From Okamejei kenojei (lineage: Eukaryota), in NCBI GenBank assembly GCA_035221665.1, contig CM069137.1, positions 79,050,001-79,114,000 of the forward strand: 64,000 nucleotides of DNA. Direction: 5' to 3'. This document shows positions 37,721 to 51,495 of this stretch, one piece after another; positions within the stretch are counted from its first letter, which is position 1, and every line of letters starts with the position of its first letter. The translations under genes were made by a program, and so were the position numbers. Under the pieces are notes generated by a model, which searched no databases, was not told the origin of the DNA, and saw only the letters and a program-made list of their open reading frames with translations.

Positions 37721-39884
37721 TAAGTCCAGGCGGGGCACAGGGGAGTTGGGGAGAGGAACAGGCCTGACAGTCAACTGAACCCACACTAACAATGAAGCAA
37801 AGGGTGGTAGATATGGAACGAGTTGCCAGAGGAAATAGAATTAGATCCCATCACGATTTTTAAAAAAAACATTTGGACAGGTACACGAGTAGGATAGGTT
37901 TAGAAGGATAATGGCCAAAGGCAAGCAGGTGGGACTAGTGTCGATGGGGCATGTTGGTCGGTTGGCCTGATTTTGCACTGAATGACTCTATGGGGTTGAG
38001 AGGTAAAGATAGATTAGCCAAAATTGAATGGCAAAGTAGATGGGCCGAATGGCCTAATCCTGCTCCTATGACTTATGAACGTGAACTTTCAGCTCGAGAC
38101 CCTTCTGATGTCTGAAGAAGGCTCCCGACCCGAACTGTTACCTATCCATGTTACTCTGGCACTTTGTGTCTTATTTTAACTTCACGTAGATTTCCAGGCA
38201 GCACTTGTGTAGCCACAGTGCAGATCGTCTTTGAGAGGTGCAAGGTAGCTTTAACCTATAGCACTGGCTACCTAATGAAATGTCTGGCAATTGAACAGTC
38301 CAATTCTTATTGATTTAGACCTTTATAATCATTATAATTAGCTGACAGCATGGTTAGCATGCTGCATAAACGACACTGAGCAGACTTGTGTTAATCCCAC
38401 ACTTCATACCCATGTTGGAGCCTGGAAATGTAAATTGCGTGCAAAATCCAATTTGTTGCAGGAACAAACCGACATGAATGAACATTTATCAAGCCTTTCA
38501 GTATCCGTGGCAAAATACACTTGAGATGACAAGTCTTACATCTAAATGACTTGAAACTAAACATAAAATGCAGCTGGGCACCTGATGATTGTGTTTATTA
38601 CAAAATTGAGGCCCATGCACAAAAGCAGCCTTGTTTGTTACAATGCATGAACAATTTAAATGGAAGACCAAACAATTTATTTGGAACAATTAAATGTATT
38701 TTGTGATCAGGCTGAAAAATATCTTCCTTCAATTAATTATATTACTAAATGTAATATAGTTTAACAATAAGCATAGGTGCAATGTGTCACTAAATGCCTG
38801 GAAGTCAAGTGCCATTTCATACTCCATTACATTCTCTTTAAGGGTAAACCATCAGTGCATGCAGGCAGCTTGGAGAATAATAAACCTGGCTTAGTTGAAG
38901 TGAATAGGAAGGAAGAAGACTGAAGGGTCTCGACCTGAAACGTCACCCAGTCCTTCTCTCCAAAGATGCTGCCAGTCTCGCTGAGTTACTCCAGCTTTTT
39001 TTGTCTATCTATAGTTGAAATGAGTATGGTTTGTAAAAGATAGAATCTCTGGTTGACCTCAAATTAGTGAAATATTGTGTGCTGAAGTAGCAGGCGCAAG
39101 AGGAAAGTATGATAGGGTTGAGGTGCGGAGCACAATGCCATCATTGTTAGCTAATGTTAGTTCAGAATCTTTCTGAAACTTTCAACTTTGTGAAGTGGCC
39201 GCTGACTTCATTTGCAGCTTTCAACACTTTCCACATCGGTTAAAGATATTTATTATTAACGTCGATCAATCAATAAACATCCAAAGAAGCAAATTGAAAA
39301 TATGCTACAACTGCGTGTGACTAATCTCTTTCACAATTTATCAGTGTAGCCAAGTTGCCTCTTATAAATCTTTCTCGTCCATCTTGCCTGTCAAAAAAAT
39401 CATTGCTGTGATTGCAGAACAGATTAGCTACATTTTCCCCATCTTATAAAAAAAGAAAAGATAATTTATTTATGCTACCTCAAATACCTTATATTTCAAT
39501 CATACACACATTCTATTAGAGGCAGAGCTTGGTTTCAATTTTTATTATTAATTGTTTCTGCTTTGCACCGAATGTAACAGATAGATCATGTAACAAAATC
39601 CCATTTAAGAGCCTCAAATCTTGCGGCTTTAGTATGGTTAGTTGCCTTAATCATAGTCCATTTAAATGGAGTGTCCCCTCAACTCTAATGTCTTTGTATA
39701 TGATTCTTTCATTAGGAATGTGCAAGAGTTGTTTTAAACAGTTCCACAATGCAGAAGGGGATTGAAGCAACAAAACAGATAATAATTCTATAATTAGCAC
39801 TGCAATGTAAAATGTTATGATGGGGTATACTATCTATGTAACAGGTTGCAAACTGGCTGGCTGTCTTGGGAAACCGTATTAAGT

Positions 39885-40924
39885 ATCAGTCCGAGTCAGC
39901 ATGGATTTATGAATGGGAAATCATGCTTGACTAATCTTCTGGAATTACTTGAGGATGTAACTAGGACAATGGACAAGGGAGAGCCAGTGGATGCAGTGTA
40001 CCTTGACTTTCAGAAAGCATTTGATGTTTATGTTTCTATAAGATCCCATCTCATCCTTCTAAATTCCAGCTAATACAAGCCCAGCCGACCCATCCTTTCA
40101 TCATACGTCAGTACCGGCATCACGGGAATTAACCTGGTGAACCTTCGCTGCACTCCCTCAATAGCAGTAATGTCCTTCCTCAAATTAGGAGACCAAAACT
40201 GCACACAATACTCCAGGTGTGGTCTCACCAGGGCCCTGTACAACTGCAATAGGACCTCCTTGCTCCTAAACTCAAATCCTCTCCCAAATGGATTTCTTCA
40301 CTGCCTGCTGTACCTGCATGCTTAATTTCAGTGACTGATGTACAAGCTCACCCAGGTCTTGTTGCACCTCCCCTTCTCCTAATCTGACACCATTCAGATA
40401 ATAATCCGCCTTCCTGTTCTTGCCACCAAAGTGGATAACCTTACATTTATCTACATTATACTGCATCTGCCATGTACCTGCCCACTCACCCAACCTATCC
40501 AAGTCACCCTGCAGCCTCATAGCATCCTCCTCACAGCTCACACTGCCACTCAGCTTTGTGTCATCCATAAACTTAGAGATGTTACATTTAATTCTCTCGT
40601 CCAAATCGTTAATATATATTGTAAACAACTGGGGTCCCAGCACCGAGCCTTACAGCACCCCACTAGTCACTGCCTGCCATTCTGAAAAGGACCCATTAAT
40701 TCCTACTCTTTGCTTCCTGTCTGCCAACTAGTTCTCTATCCATGTCAATATCCTACCCCTAATACCATATGTTCTAGTTTTGCACACTAATCTCTTGTGT
40801 GGGACCTTATCAAAGGTTTTTTGAAAGTCCAGATATACCACATCACTGGCTCTCGCTTATCTATTCTACTTGTTACATCCTCAACAAATTCCGAAGATTT
40901 CCCCTTCATAAATCCATGCTGACT
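39885..40924. mobile_element. CR1 RT fragments: 39885-40025 (+) and 40030-40924 (-)
   Basis: [26 protein letters not shown]; LGPQLFTIYINDLD..DDTKL. Confidence 0.88.
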
Positions 40925-41242
40925 GTTTCTTCTTGGAATATATCCATTTTAAAGTATTTTCAGGTTAAACCATCATTTTACTCAGCATGCTCATCGAAAC
41001 ATTAAAGCAAAAATCCGCTGGGCAGTTGCTTCTGTTGCTTTAGATGTCACCCTCTTAAAACAGTTGTGTTTAAATGCCAGAACGAAAATAGCTTGCAATG
41101 CGAATGGTTTTGCATTGATTTTTTGGTAATCTTCCAAGAATGAGTTGAACAAAACTGTTTCTCAAAGTGTTGAACTATCCAGCGCAAACCTAAATGCAAA
41201 TTCCTGGCAAAAAGGAATGAAGCTATGCTGACAATCTCTTAC

Positions 41243-41383
41243 CATAATGCCAGTGTGGAGCATGAGATAATGCACGGTCTGGGCCACATCTGCTGCATGG
41301 ATTAAGTTATGGTAAGGATTCTTGTACTTGCTATAACCTGCCTCCAGGGCTTCAACAAAAGTTATTAGTGAAGACACAGGGAT
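41243..41383 (-). CDS. PDE1A: PDE1A exon (141 nt): IPVSSLITFVEALEAGYSKYKNPYHNLIHAADVAQTVHYLMLHTGIM
   Basis: Acceptor tttttatatag, donor gtaaga; contains the class I PDE YHNxxHAAD motif. Confidence 0.96.
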
Positions 41384-42065
41384 CTATATAAAAAAAATAC
41401 TTGAGATTAGGAGACGGGGTAGCATGCATTCAATCACAAACTTTAAATACTGTTACAAAATATTAAGATTCCAAAACCAAGCACTGTTAATAAACAAATG
41501 TTAAAATTCATTGTTGGTCATTCAAATACTTGCCAATCAATAATAATTTAAAGTCCATAAAGAAACTTGCACAAACAATAAAAGATCATTAGTTGTTTAA
41601 AACAACAATAAACAGCTAATATTTTTACATGTCTATATATGTGGACTAGATACTTCTAAAAGCTCAATGACAGTTAATTAAAATACCACATAATTAATTT
41701 GATAAGAATTTTTCAATTAACTTACTCTGTCCAATTCACAATTATTCTCCAGAAAGAGATTAATATTATGAAATAGCTGACATTCTATAGCCTATTATAT
41801 ATTACTGTTGGGAAAAAGGCATGTTTGACTCAATTAGTTTGGAATTAAGAACTGATTAGTGTTTGATAGTTTTGTATTGGCAATTTTGCATGCTTATTAG
41901 GCAATATCAGACATTTGCCATAGACATTGCAATTTTATACTACATTTTAATCTACTACTTTTAGTTTTCTTGTTTTCAGCCATAGGCATTAACCTTACAT
42001 TGAATCCGCAGGGGTGCTACCAATTTTCTAAAACACAGCTTTTACACGTATTTAATAAAGCAAAT

Positions 42066-42365
42066 TTTAGTTTTAGTTTAGTTTAGTTTAGTTTAGTTGA
42101 TATACAATGTGAAAACAGGCCCTTTAGTCCACTGAGCCCACTCTGACCATCGATACACTAGTTCTATGTTTTCTCACTTTAACACTAGGGACAATTTACA
42201 GAAACCAAGTAACATACATATTTAGGTTATAGCAAGTACAAGAATCCTTACCATAACTTAAACCTGCATATTTTTGGAATGTGGGAGGAAACCAGAGTAG
42301 ACAGAGAAACCAATGGAGTCACGGGGAACTCCACACAGACAGCACCCGGAGTCAGGGTCAAACCC
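42066..42365 (-). mobile_element. HE1-like SINE carrying a 38-nt exon-derived insertion
   Basis: (tttag)n tail and SINE body, interrupted at 42220-42261. Confidence 0.8.
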
Positions 42366-43954
42366 AATCTCCACTGCACCTGTATCCACCCATCACTTGC
42401 CAGGCTATGTCCCACCCATCACTTGCCGAGCTATGTCGCACCCAGCTATTGTTTCTCCGCTACTACAATCAGACGTGGAAGGGTTTTGACCTTAAACACT
42501 GTCTATCCATGTTCTCCAGAGATGCTGCCTGACCAACAGGGTTGCTCCAGCACTTTGTGTCTTTCCTCCAACAGTCTTGCTGACCCTGGGTCGGAAATTG
42601 ATCACTGTTGCTTGTTAACTATTGACGACTCAGAGATGAGAACTGAGAAATCCTGCAGCCATTGATCTATTGACAGCAGTTTGGAAGATTAGGACTTCCT
42701 CACTCAAGTATTTACTGCCATTAAATAAGCTCACCCTAAATCCTGAGAATCGTTAAATTTAATGATGTCAAATTCATTTAAGTTACCAGGCTTAAGAACA
42801 CTAGCTTCTGTTTGCCTGAGTGGTTACAGGGCTGATCCAAAGGTTTGAAGAGCACAGACATGATTCTTTGTCCTCTCACAGGCAATTCTAATAACCCACT
42901 AGAAATGTGTGTGAAGGACACCAGTGAATGTATGGATTTTCTTTCTAGTATAGTGTATTAGCAAGTGAGACATTATTGTACTTGCTCAGTCCTCCGATGA
43001 TCAATACGTAATCTAGGTTGGCCAACACCGAATAAAGCTTCTGGCGCTAATAACAAAAACTTCATTTAGTTTAGAGTGTTGAGATCAATGTGCATTTGCT
43101 ATTTAGGGAGACAGTCTTTGTTATTTGATCTATTCCACATGTTCTTTGATCCGCATTCCCTTTGTCCTGTTTTCACACCTCACACTTCCTTATCTTTACA
43201 CTTCCTTACCTATGTGCCTCCCACTCCCCTGACATCAGTCTGAAGAAAGGTCTCAACCCAAAACGTCATCTATTCCTTCTCTCCGGAGATACTGCCTGTC
43301 CCGCTGAGTTACTCCAGCATTTTTTGTCTATCTTCGAATTAAACCAACATCTACAGTTCCTTCCTACACAGTCTTTGTTATTTGACATCTGATTTTAAAT
43401 GTTGACAGTGGCTGACCTTGGAGCACTGCCATTTCGGTGAGTCCGCTAAGTATTTTGGACTTGTATTTCTCAGCCTGATTTTAAAAAAACATGGCAGTGA
43501 TTATAATGTCTGCCATGCTCAGTACTGCATCAGCATCCACCCGGTTCAAAGTGTCCACAGAAGCAAAACGACACAAAACAAGAGGAAAAATCTGTAGAAA
43601 CCTAATCCTAACACAAACTATATTCTACTTTATCCGCTGAACGTGTCTGCGTAGTCTTTCGGTGATAGGGTTTTAATCCCACAGTTCCAGGGTTTTATTT
43701 GTTGATGCCAGGGAATGTTGCATCATCGTGTACATCTGTTGTCTAATGTCTGCCAGAATGAATAGATTATTTTTAAGTAGATATTATTCATGATAAACTA
43801 ATTACATACATTACAATGTCCTGCATTTGATGGGCTGCCACATACATTTGGATTAAAACCTGGTAGATTTAACAAGAGTTTTTGTGTTGGTATTGACTTT
43901 TGTTAACCATTGGATTTATTTTAATTTAATACGAAGCTGTAAAAGTGTCCTGAC

Positions 43955-44071
43955 CCTGAAGCGATTGATAAGGTCGTATCGGGTGAACAGCTCATGCACG
44001 ATGAACTTCAGTGCGTGGTCTCCACTGGCTTCATTGAGTGCGAACACATTAAATGACCACTTATCAACATC
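43955..44071 (-). CDS. PDE1A: PDE1A exon (117 nt): DVDKWSFNVFALNEASGDHALKFIVHELFTRYDLINRFR
   Basis: Acceptor ctcccacag, donor gtcagg; phase 0-0; separated from the previous exon by a 91-nt intron. Confidence 0.95.
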
Positions 44072-44162
44072 CTGTGGGAGAGAGAAGAGATAGAAAATGT
44101 AGTCAAATTGGTCAATTCTTCCCAACCTCATCATAAGTTTTAAAATGAGTGTTGCCACACAC

Positions 44163-44229
44163 CTTTAGAGCAGATATCACTGATGCTGGATAAGTCAGTC
44201 CTATCATGTTCGATGTCCTTCGGTACATC
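44163..44229 (-). CDS. PDE1A: PDE1A exon (67 nt): MYRRTSNMIGLTYPASVISALK
   Basis: Acceptor ttcaag, donor gtgtgt; phase 2-0; continues ERMYRR. Confidence 0.93.
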
Positions 44230-44651
44230 CTTGAATTCAAAACGATAAAGGTATAAATCTTGTCAACAGATTTCATCAGCATCCCTAACATCTAATCTAT
44301 AATTCCCTGCTCATTCTGGTAACAAAGACAATGGGAACTTACGTGTAGTAAGATTTTATTAAACTGCATGCAAAAAAGGGAATGTCACTGTCACTCGGTA
44401 CATGTAAGAATAAAGTAACATTGAACCATGAAGCTTGGATTATCAGTTTTCCTTTAACGCAATTATTAATAATATAGTTTAAAGATGTTTCATTCAAGAG
44501 CAATGAGGAAAAGGGTGATGTTTGTCAGGAACTGCGTGGTTGGCAGTATCTCCTACACAATGTCACAAGTTGGCAAATCATGTACCATGATCCAATAGGT
44601 AATTTAGGGGAAAATTATGATGTTGTATCATAAACATAGAAAAAATGACCC

Positions 44652-44850
44652 AAAGTGCTGGAGTAACTCAGCAGGTCAGGCAGCATCTCTGAAGAAACTG
44701 GGTAGGTGATGTTTTGGGTCGGGACTCTTCTTCAGACTCGTTTTGGGTCAGGACCGTTCTACCGACCTTTCTCCAGAGATGGTGCCTGACCCGCTGAGTT
44801 ACTTTGCAGTTTGTATCTTTTTTTGTAAACCAGCATCTGCAGTTCCTTGT
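44652..44850. repeat. Inverted pair of Penelope-derived repeats
   Basis: Minus core 44706-44738 (agtctgaagaagagtcccgacccaaaacatcacc); plus body 44768-44850. Confidence 0.7.
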
Positions 44851-45594
44851 ATCATAAACATACATGGTCAAATACAGGAATTAGAATGTTCATGTAAATG
44901 TGTGACCCAGCAGGTTTTTGATGAAGTTTCAAATTGTACATTAGTCACAGCCAAACATATTTAAACCCTAGTCAAAGGTAAGTTTTAGAAATGCCCTTTG
45001 CCTAATCTTTTGCTGCACTTCTCTCTGTACCTCAGTTGCTTTTTTGAAACGTCCTCTTTTTTTGCTAAGTTTCGGCATGACAACTTAAGCATGTATATTC
45101 TTTTGGGGGGTTTCCCAATTTACTGAGGAGGGGGAGAGTTGGTGGTGTTGATGATGATGGAGGTGACTGCAGCAATCAGCAACTCTGATGTGCCGGAGCA
45201 CAATAGATGAGCCTGCTGCTCAAGATAGACCAACATAGTGATCTTCTAAATCCAAGTGAAGCCACAATCAGCACGGAAGCATGGATTAACCCATTTGTAC
45301 ACTGCGGATATACGTTTGAGAGATTGTATGCTGAGTATAATCCCTATGGGGTTTATCCTGATGCATTTGATGAAATTTACTTCCCTGTTAAATCCTGTAA
45401 CTTAAGCAGAAACCAGTTACATAGTATTATCTGATCTGCACTCACTGTGGTTTGCACTCTATTCAAAGGTTTGGGTATCATTATTGTCATCCACTTATAA
45501 ACTTGCATTGTAAGTTCTGATACAGCAGTAAAGTTCATTGCTCTATCTTTTGTACTTGAATATGACATGATTGCATTTATGTGCAGACATCAAG

Positions 45595-45750
45595 TGCAGG
45601 AGGAACTCAGCGAGCCAGGAAGCATCTCTGGAGAAAAAGGATGGGTGACGTTTCGGGTTGGAACTTTTCTTTAGACAGAGGTGGTGCTCTCCTTAGCTTT
45701 CATGAAGGAACCCATCTGAAGAATGGTTCCAACCCGAAACGTCACCCATC
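45595..45750. repeat. Inverted pair of hammerhead-containing repeats
   Basis: Plus core ctgaagaatggttccaacccgaaacgtcacc at 45716-45746; minus core 45644-45676. Confidence 0.7.
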
Positions 45751-46052
45751 TCCTTCCTAAAGGTGTGCCCTTTTATTCTTGAGGCTATGCCCTCTGGTAC
45801 TAGACTCTCCCACTAGTGGAAGCACCCTCTCCACATCCACCCTATCCAGGCCTTTCACAATTCAGTAAGTTTCAATGAGGTCACCCTCATCCTTCCAAAC
45901 TTCAGCGAGTACAGGCCCAGTGCCATCAAACACTCATCATACACTCATCATATGCTCATCACAGAATGATAACAGTGTAAAGCATGGAAACAGGCTATTC
46001 AACCCAACCCACGCATGGCAGCCAGTGAGAACCCTTCTGTATTAATCTAATC

Positions 46053-46220
46053 ATATAATCATATAACCATATAACAATTACAGCACGGAAACAGGCCCTC
46101 TCGGCCCTTCCAGTCCGTGTCGACCATTTGTTTTCCCCTAGTCCCATCTACCTGCTCCATTCCCTCCATACCCCTCCATTCCCTTCACGTCCATATACCT
46201 ATCCACTTTACTTTTAAAGG
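46053..46220 (-). mobile_element. CR1 3' end with (AACCATAT)n-type tail
   Basis: Same subfamily as the 47476-49258 element. Confidence 0.8.
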
Positions 46221-47475
46221 ATCTCACTCTCAGTCCATGGCCCTCTTTACCCAAGAATTAAAGTGTTCATTGGAAAAGTGGGCAGTAACCCAGCTTTACG
46301 CATTCTCTCAGGTACTTCCAATTCTCTGAAGGTATTTCTCATATCCATTCTGAATCTCTTCCCCCTTCCCCAAAACCTATGAGCTCTATTTATTTTTCTA
46401 CCTCTGATCTAGCGAACCGTTTCCTCCAGTCAACCATATCAATGCCCCTGGTAATTTCATATACCCCATTCATGACCATTTAATTTCCTCCACACCGATT
46501 TGAAAAGACTGAGTTTCTCCCATCTTTCCTCATAAATTAACTGCTCCACTACTGGGAAGAATATTATAAAATTTAAAGGTATGATTCTTCACATCAGTCT
46601 CTTTAAATGCTTAAGTAAAATGAGGCCAGAAAAGTGTAGCCCTCTACAATCAACCATAGTACAATTCCTTGAGCATTGTCTGCTTTGATCTGTCTTTTTC
46701 ACATCTTACATGGTCTTTGACACTTTCCATATCTCTAGTTTCCCTCTCTGCTGAATCTCAGTCAGAGGAAAGGCCTCAACCCGAAACATCACCCATTCCT
46801 TCTCTCCAGAAGCTGCCTGTCCCGCTTTTCTCCAGCATTGTTTGACTATCTTAGCTGTAGCTCTTGCGTATTTTCTGCTATTGATCAGTCTTCATTTCAA
46901 TTTACAGACTAATGCCCAAGTTATTGATCTTCCTATAATAGCTACAACATCCCAGTGCCATTTGAATAAACAGAATTAACATCCATCAGTCTTCAGTTGC
47001 TTCCTGCTGAGCTTCTGTCTGTTCTGTCTAATGATCCTGCTCTCTTTAACTTCAGTAATTGCCTCAACCTTCTCATATGCCTCACTGTAGCTGTGGGACC
47101 CAACCCTCTGCAGATAGTTTAGACCAACCCCATGGAGCTGACCACACTTCCCCACCACTGTTAATATTGACCAAATTAAAGACACCATAAAATGGAAGAT
47201 CCCTGCATTTGTCAGAATTACTTAACCCGTGTCAGCTGAAATTTACAGGCTTTGGATGGCGCCAGCCAGTCACGGCTTAGATTGATATGCTGGATGTTGA
47301 TGGATACAGGTGTTCTCCTTGTTTCTCCTAACTTGATAAAATGTATAGTAGTTTTGCAAACGAACCTTAAATGCATCACTTTGATTGGATCGCTGCAAGG
47401 GCATTGTAAATAGTATAAATAATGTTGCGAGATGGTTATCCTGTTAATTGTTGATTGGTTCATTAGAGATTGGTT

Positions 47476-49258
47476 CATTAAAATTGGACCATTAGAGAAC
47501 CAGAATGGACAGCTATCTGCAGAGCCAAAAGAGATGGGGGAGATATTGAACAATTTCTTTTCTTCGGTATTCACCAAGGAGAAGGATATTGAACTCTGTG
47601 AGGCAAGGGAAAAAAGTAGAGTAGCTTATGGAAACTATGAGATTCAAAGAGGAGGAAGTACTGACACTTTTGAAAAATATAAAAGTGGATAAGTCTCCAG
47701 GTCCTGACAGGATATTCCCTAGGACATTGAGGGAAGTTAGTGTAGAAATAGCAGGAGCTATGACAGAAATATTTCAAATGTCATTAGAAACGGGAATAGT
47801 GCCGGAGCATTGGCGTACTGCGCATGTTGTTCCATTGTTTTAAAAGGGTTCAAAGAATAAACCTAGCAATTATAGACCTATTAGTTTGACGTCAGTGGTG
47901 GGCAAATTAATGGAAAGGATACTTAGAGATAATATATATAAGCATCTGGATAAACAGGGTCTGATCAGGAACAGTCAACATGGATTTGTGCCTGGAAGGT
48001 CATGTTTGACAAACCTTCTTGAATTCTTTGAAGCGGTAACTAGGGAAATTGATGAGGGTAAAGCAGTGGATGTTGCCTATATGGATTTCAGTAAGGCCTT
48101 TGACAAGGTTCCCCATGGAAGGTTGGTTAAGAAGGTTCAATCTTTGGGTGTTAATGGTGGAGTAGCAAGATGGATTCAACAGTGGCTGAATGGGAGATGT
48201 CAGAGAGTAATGGTGGATGGCTGTTTGTCAGGTTGGAAGCCGGTGACCAGTGGGGTGCCTCAGGGATGTGTGTTGGGTCCACTGTTGTTTGTCATGTACA
48301 TCAATGATCTGGATGATGGGGTTGAAAATTGGAGAAGTAAGTATGCAGATGATACTAAGATAGGTGGTGTTGTGGATAATGAAGTAGATTTTCAAAGTCT
48401 ACAGAGAGATTTGGGCCATTTGGAAAAGTGGGCTGAAAGATGGCAGATGGAGTTTAATGCTGTTAAGTGTGAAGTGCTACATCTTGGCAGGACAAATCAA
48501 AATAGGACGTACATGGTAAATGGTAGGGAATTGAGGAATGCTGTGGAACAGAGGGATCTAGGAATAACTGTGCATAGTTCCCTGAAGGTGGAATCACATG
48601 TAGATAGGGTGGTAAAGAAAGCCTTTGGTGTGCTGGCCTTTATAAATCTGAGCATTGAATATAGGAGTAGGGAAGTAATGTTAAAATTGTACAAGGCATT
48701 GGTAAGACCAATTCTGGAGTATGGTGTACAATTTTGGTTGCCTAATTATAGGAAGGATGTCAACAAAATAGAGAGAGTACAGAGGAGATTTACTAGAATG
48801 TTGCCAGGGTTCCAGCAACTATGTTACAGAGAAAGGTTGAACAAGTTAGGTCTTTATTCTTTGGAGCGCAGAAGGTTAAGGGGGGACTTGATTGGGGTCT
48901 TTAAAATGATGAAAGGGATACACAGAGTTGACGTGGATAAGCTTTTCCCATTGAGGGTAGGGAAGATTCAAACAAGAGGGCATGACATGAGAATTAAGGG
49001 AAAGAAGTTTAGGGGTAACGTGAGGGGGAACTTCTTTACTCAGAGGGTGGTGGCTGTGTGGAATGAGCTTCCAGCAGAAGTGGTGGAGGCAGGATCGATT
49101 TTAACATTTAAAACTAAAGTGGATAGGTATATGGACGTGAAGGGAATGGAGGGGTGTGGTCTGAGTGCAGGTAGATGGGACTAGGGGAAAACAAATGGTC
49201 GGCACGGACTGGATGGGCCGAGAGGGCCTGTTTCCGTGCTGTAATTGTTATATATGGT
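47476..49258 (+). mobile_element. 5'-truncated, young CR1 LINE with a 432-aa uninterrupted RT ORF (47886-49184)
   Basis: [44 protein letters not shown]; complete 3' UTR. Confidence 0.95.
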
Positions 49259-49739
49259 TGAAATGTTGAGCCTTGGAGGAACTGTTTGAATCCCAAGGCA
49301 CATGTTGCACTATTCATTTCTGTTGGTTTCATTCTGGAAGCTTCTTCCAAGTACAATGTATTTAAGATTATGTTATTGGGCTGGGGAACTGTCAATTATG
49401 ACTGTTGTTATCAATATGTTTGATTGGATTGTACAGAGACCACCTCCATGTAGTTCGGCCCCTCAAGGTTCGGAGACCTATAAAAGGCAACCCCACGACG
49501 TCCTTTGTCGATCTTCTGGAAGAGCGCTTGGGACTGCGTGACCTTTTGGAGTGTCTCTGCTTGCACAAGGCTAAAGGGGTTGGCCAAGCAGATACAAGGA
49601 TCGAACCCGCGGAGGAGACCCAAGTGGTCCAAAAAGCCTCAAACACAGCCCCCTGCACCGGTTCCTCAGCCACACATTCACCTGCCCTAACCTCCTAATC
49701 CTACACCCATTAGCACATGCATGGGCACATGGCACTGGA

Positions 49740-50905
49740 AGTAATCCAGAGATTACTACCTTTGAGATCTGTTTTTTAATCTCCTCCCTAAATCTCTATA
49801 TACACTCTGCACAACCTCATCCATTTTTGGACCTGTGTCATTGGTACCAATCTGCACCATGACCTCTGGAGTTTCACCTACCCGTTTGGAGAGTTTTCTA
49901 CTTAACCTTACAGGCATCTTTGATCTTGGCACCTTGGAAGCAAGCATCCTGGTAACTATTTTATTACCAGAGAATCTCCTGTCTGTCCCTCTAATTATCG
50001 CATCACCTATTACTATATCTCTCACTGACTCCAGTCGGCCCTGCTGTGCATCAGAGCAAGTTATGAAGCCATACATCTGCCTGCTGTAGCTGCTCTCCAA
50101 TGAGCTCATTCCCTTCAACCGTATCCAAAACGATATCCATGCTACTGAGAAGAATGACCACAGGGCAATCCTGCTCTCTCAGCCCACCTCTTCCACCTCT
50201 CTTGGTGGGTACCCACCAATGTGCCATCTACAACTTAGATGTGACCACCTCACTGAATCCCCTGGGGTCAAGGAAAGAGCGTTCACGTCACAGCCCTGTT
50301 TCTACCAATCTTTCCACCACCACGCACAAGAAGTGACAAGACAGACACCATTGTATGCAGATGCCGAGAAGATTGTTCATCTCGGGCTGAACAACTTCTA
50401 ATCTTGTGTGTGGACTCGATAATAACAATACTGAATCCCCTATCAATGATGCTCTCAACATCACTGCTGCTTCTGAGCGAGTCCAATTGTGGCTCCAGTC
50501 AGTCAGGAGTTGCAGTCAGACTTTAGACATTGGTGATACAGCACAGAAATAGGCCCTTCAGCCCACCAAGTCCATGTCGACCAGTGATCACCCCATACAC
50601 TAGCACTATCCTACACATTAGGGACAATTTACAATTTCTTCTTACTGAAGCCAATTAACCTACAAACCTGTACGTCTTGGGGGCGAGGGTGGAAACCGGA
50701 GCACTCGGAGAAAACCCACGCAGTCACAGGGAGAACGTGCAAACTCCATACAGACAGCACCCAGGATTCAGCCTGGTCTCTGGCGCTCTAAGGCAACAAC
50801 TCAACTCCTGCACCACTGTGCTGTCCTGTGGATGTATTTTCCACAGTTAGTCACCAGAGACACTGAAAGCCTCCCTCATCTCCCACATCCTGCAGGATGA
50901 GCATA
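49740..50905 (-). mobile_element. CR1 5' region: ORF1 zinc-finger-like and SGNH esterase remnants, split by a SINE (50520-50825)
   Basis: IVIGDAIIRGTDRRF and VQIGTND (SGNH blocks); CSSCRMWE at ~50880-50903. Confidence 0.75.
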
Positions 50906-51039
50906 TAATTGTCACGTGCCATCCCGACTACGACATGGCCAAAGAAAAATAATTGACCTTATCTTACCTATCACTGCTCAGCCTCCTTGTCAAAGCCTCT
51001 TGAGATAAAACCTCACCACTTACTACACAAACATATGGA

Positions 51040-51250
51040 ACGAGGGTGGGTGTATGGAACGCGCTGCTGGAGGAGGTAGTTGAGTCAAGTACTATTGCAA
51101 TGTTTAAGAAACATTTAGACAGGTACATAGATAGGTTTATAAGGATATGGGCCAAATGCAGGCAGGTGGGACTAGTATAGATTGGACATGTTGGTCAGTG
51201 TGGGCAAATAGGGTGGAAGGGCCTGTTGCCACGCTGTATGACTCTATGGC
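51040..51250 (+). mobile_element. CR1 3'-end fragment
   Basis: gagggtgggtgtatggaac...gggcctgtt...ctgtatgactctatg. Confidence 0.8.
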
Positions 51251-51312
51251 TTTAAGACTCTATATCACTTGCAGCTCAAATATCATAACATTGTGGATTC
51301 CCGTCCGTTTAC

Positions 51313-51495
51313 CGTTCCACGAAAATGCCGGCTTGAACAGCGTGAACAATGCTGCGGAATCTCGGCTTCTCCACGGGTCGTCTTCTCATCACGCCCATCT
51401 TCCTGGTGAATGTGGATGCCAGCCAGTCGCGAACCTCTGATGGCACGGAGTCTGACTGGATGTCACCGAGTTCGTCCTCAGTGTCCAGGAGACGC
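51313..51495 (-). CDS. PDE1A: PDE1A exon (183 nt): RLLDTEDELGDIQSDSVPSEVRDWLASTFTRKMGVMRRRPVEKPRFRSIVHAVQAGIFVE(R), covering the inhibitory region and second CaM-binding segment
   Basis: Acceptor ttcttcaccag, donor gtaaac; phase 2-2; PDE1 signatures VRDWLASTF and KPRFRSIVHAVQAGIF. Confidence 0.96.

Noticed and set aside
49400-49700. Possible LTR fragment with cctataaaagg and several overlapping ORFs
   Set aside because: No TG...CA pair, polyA signal or TSD found; the ORFs have no recognisable motifs.
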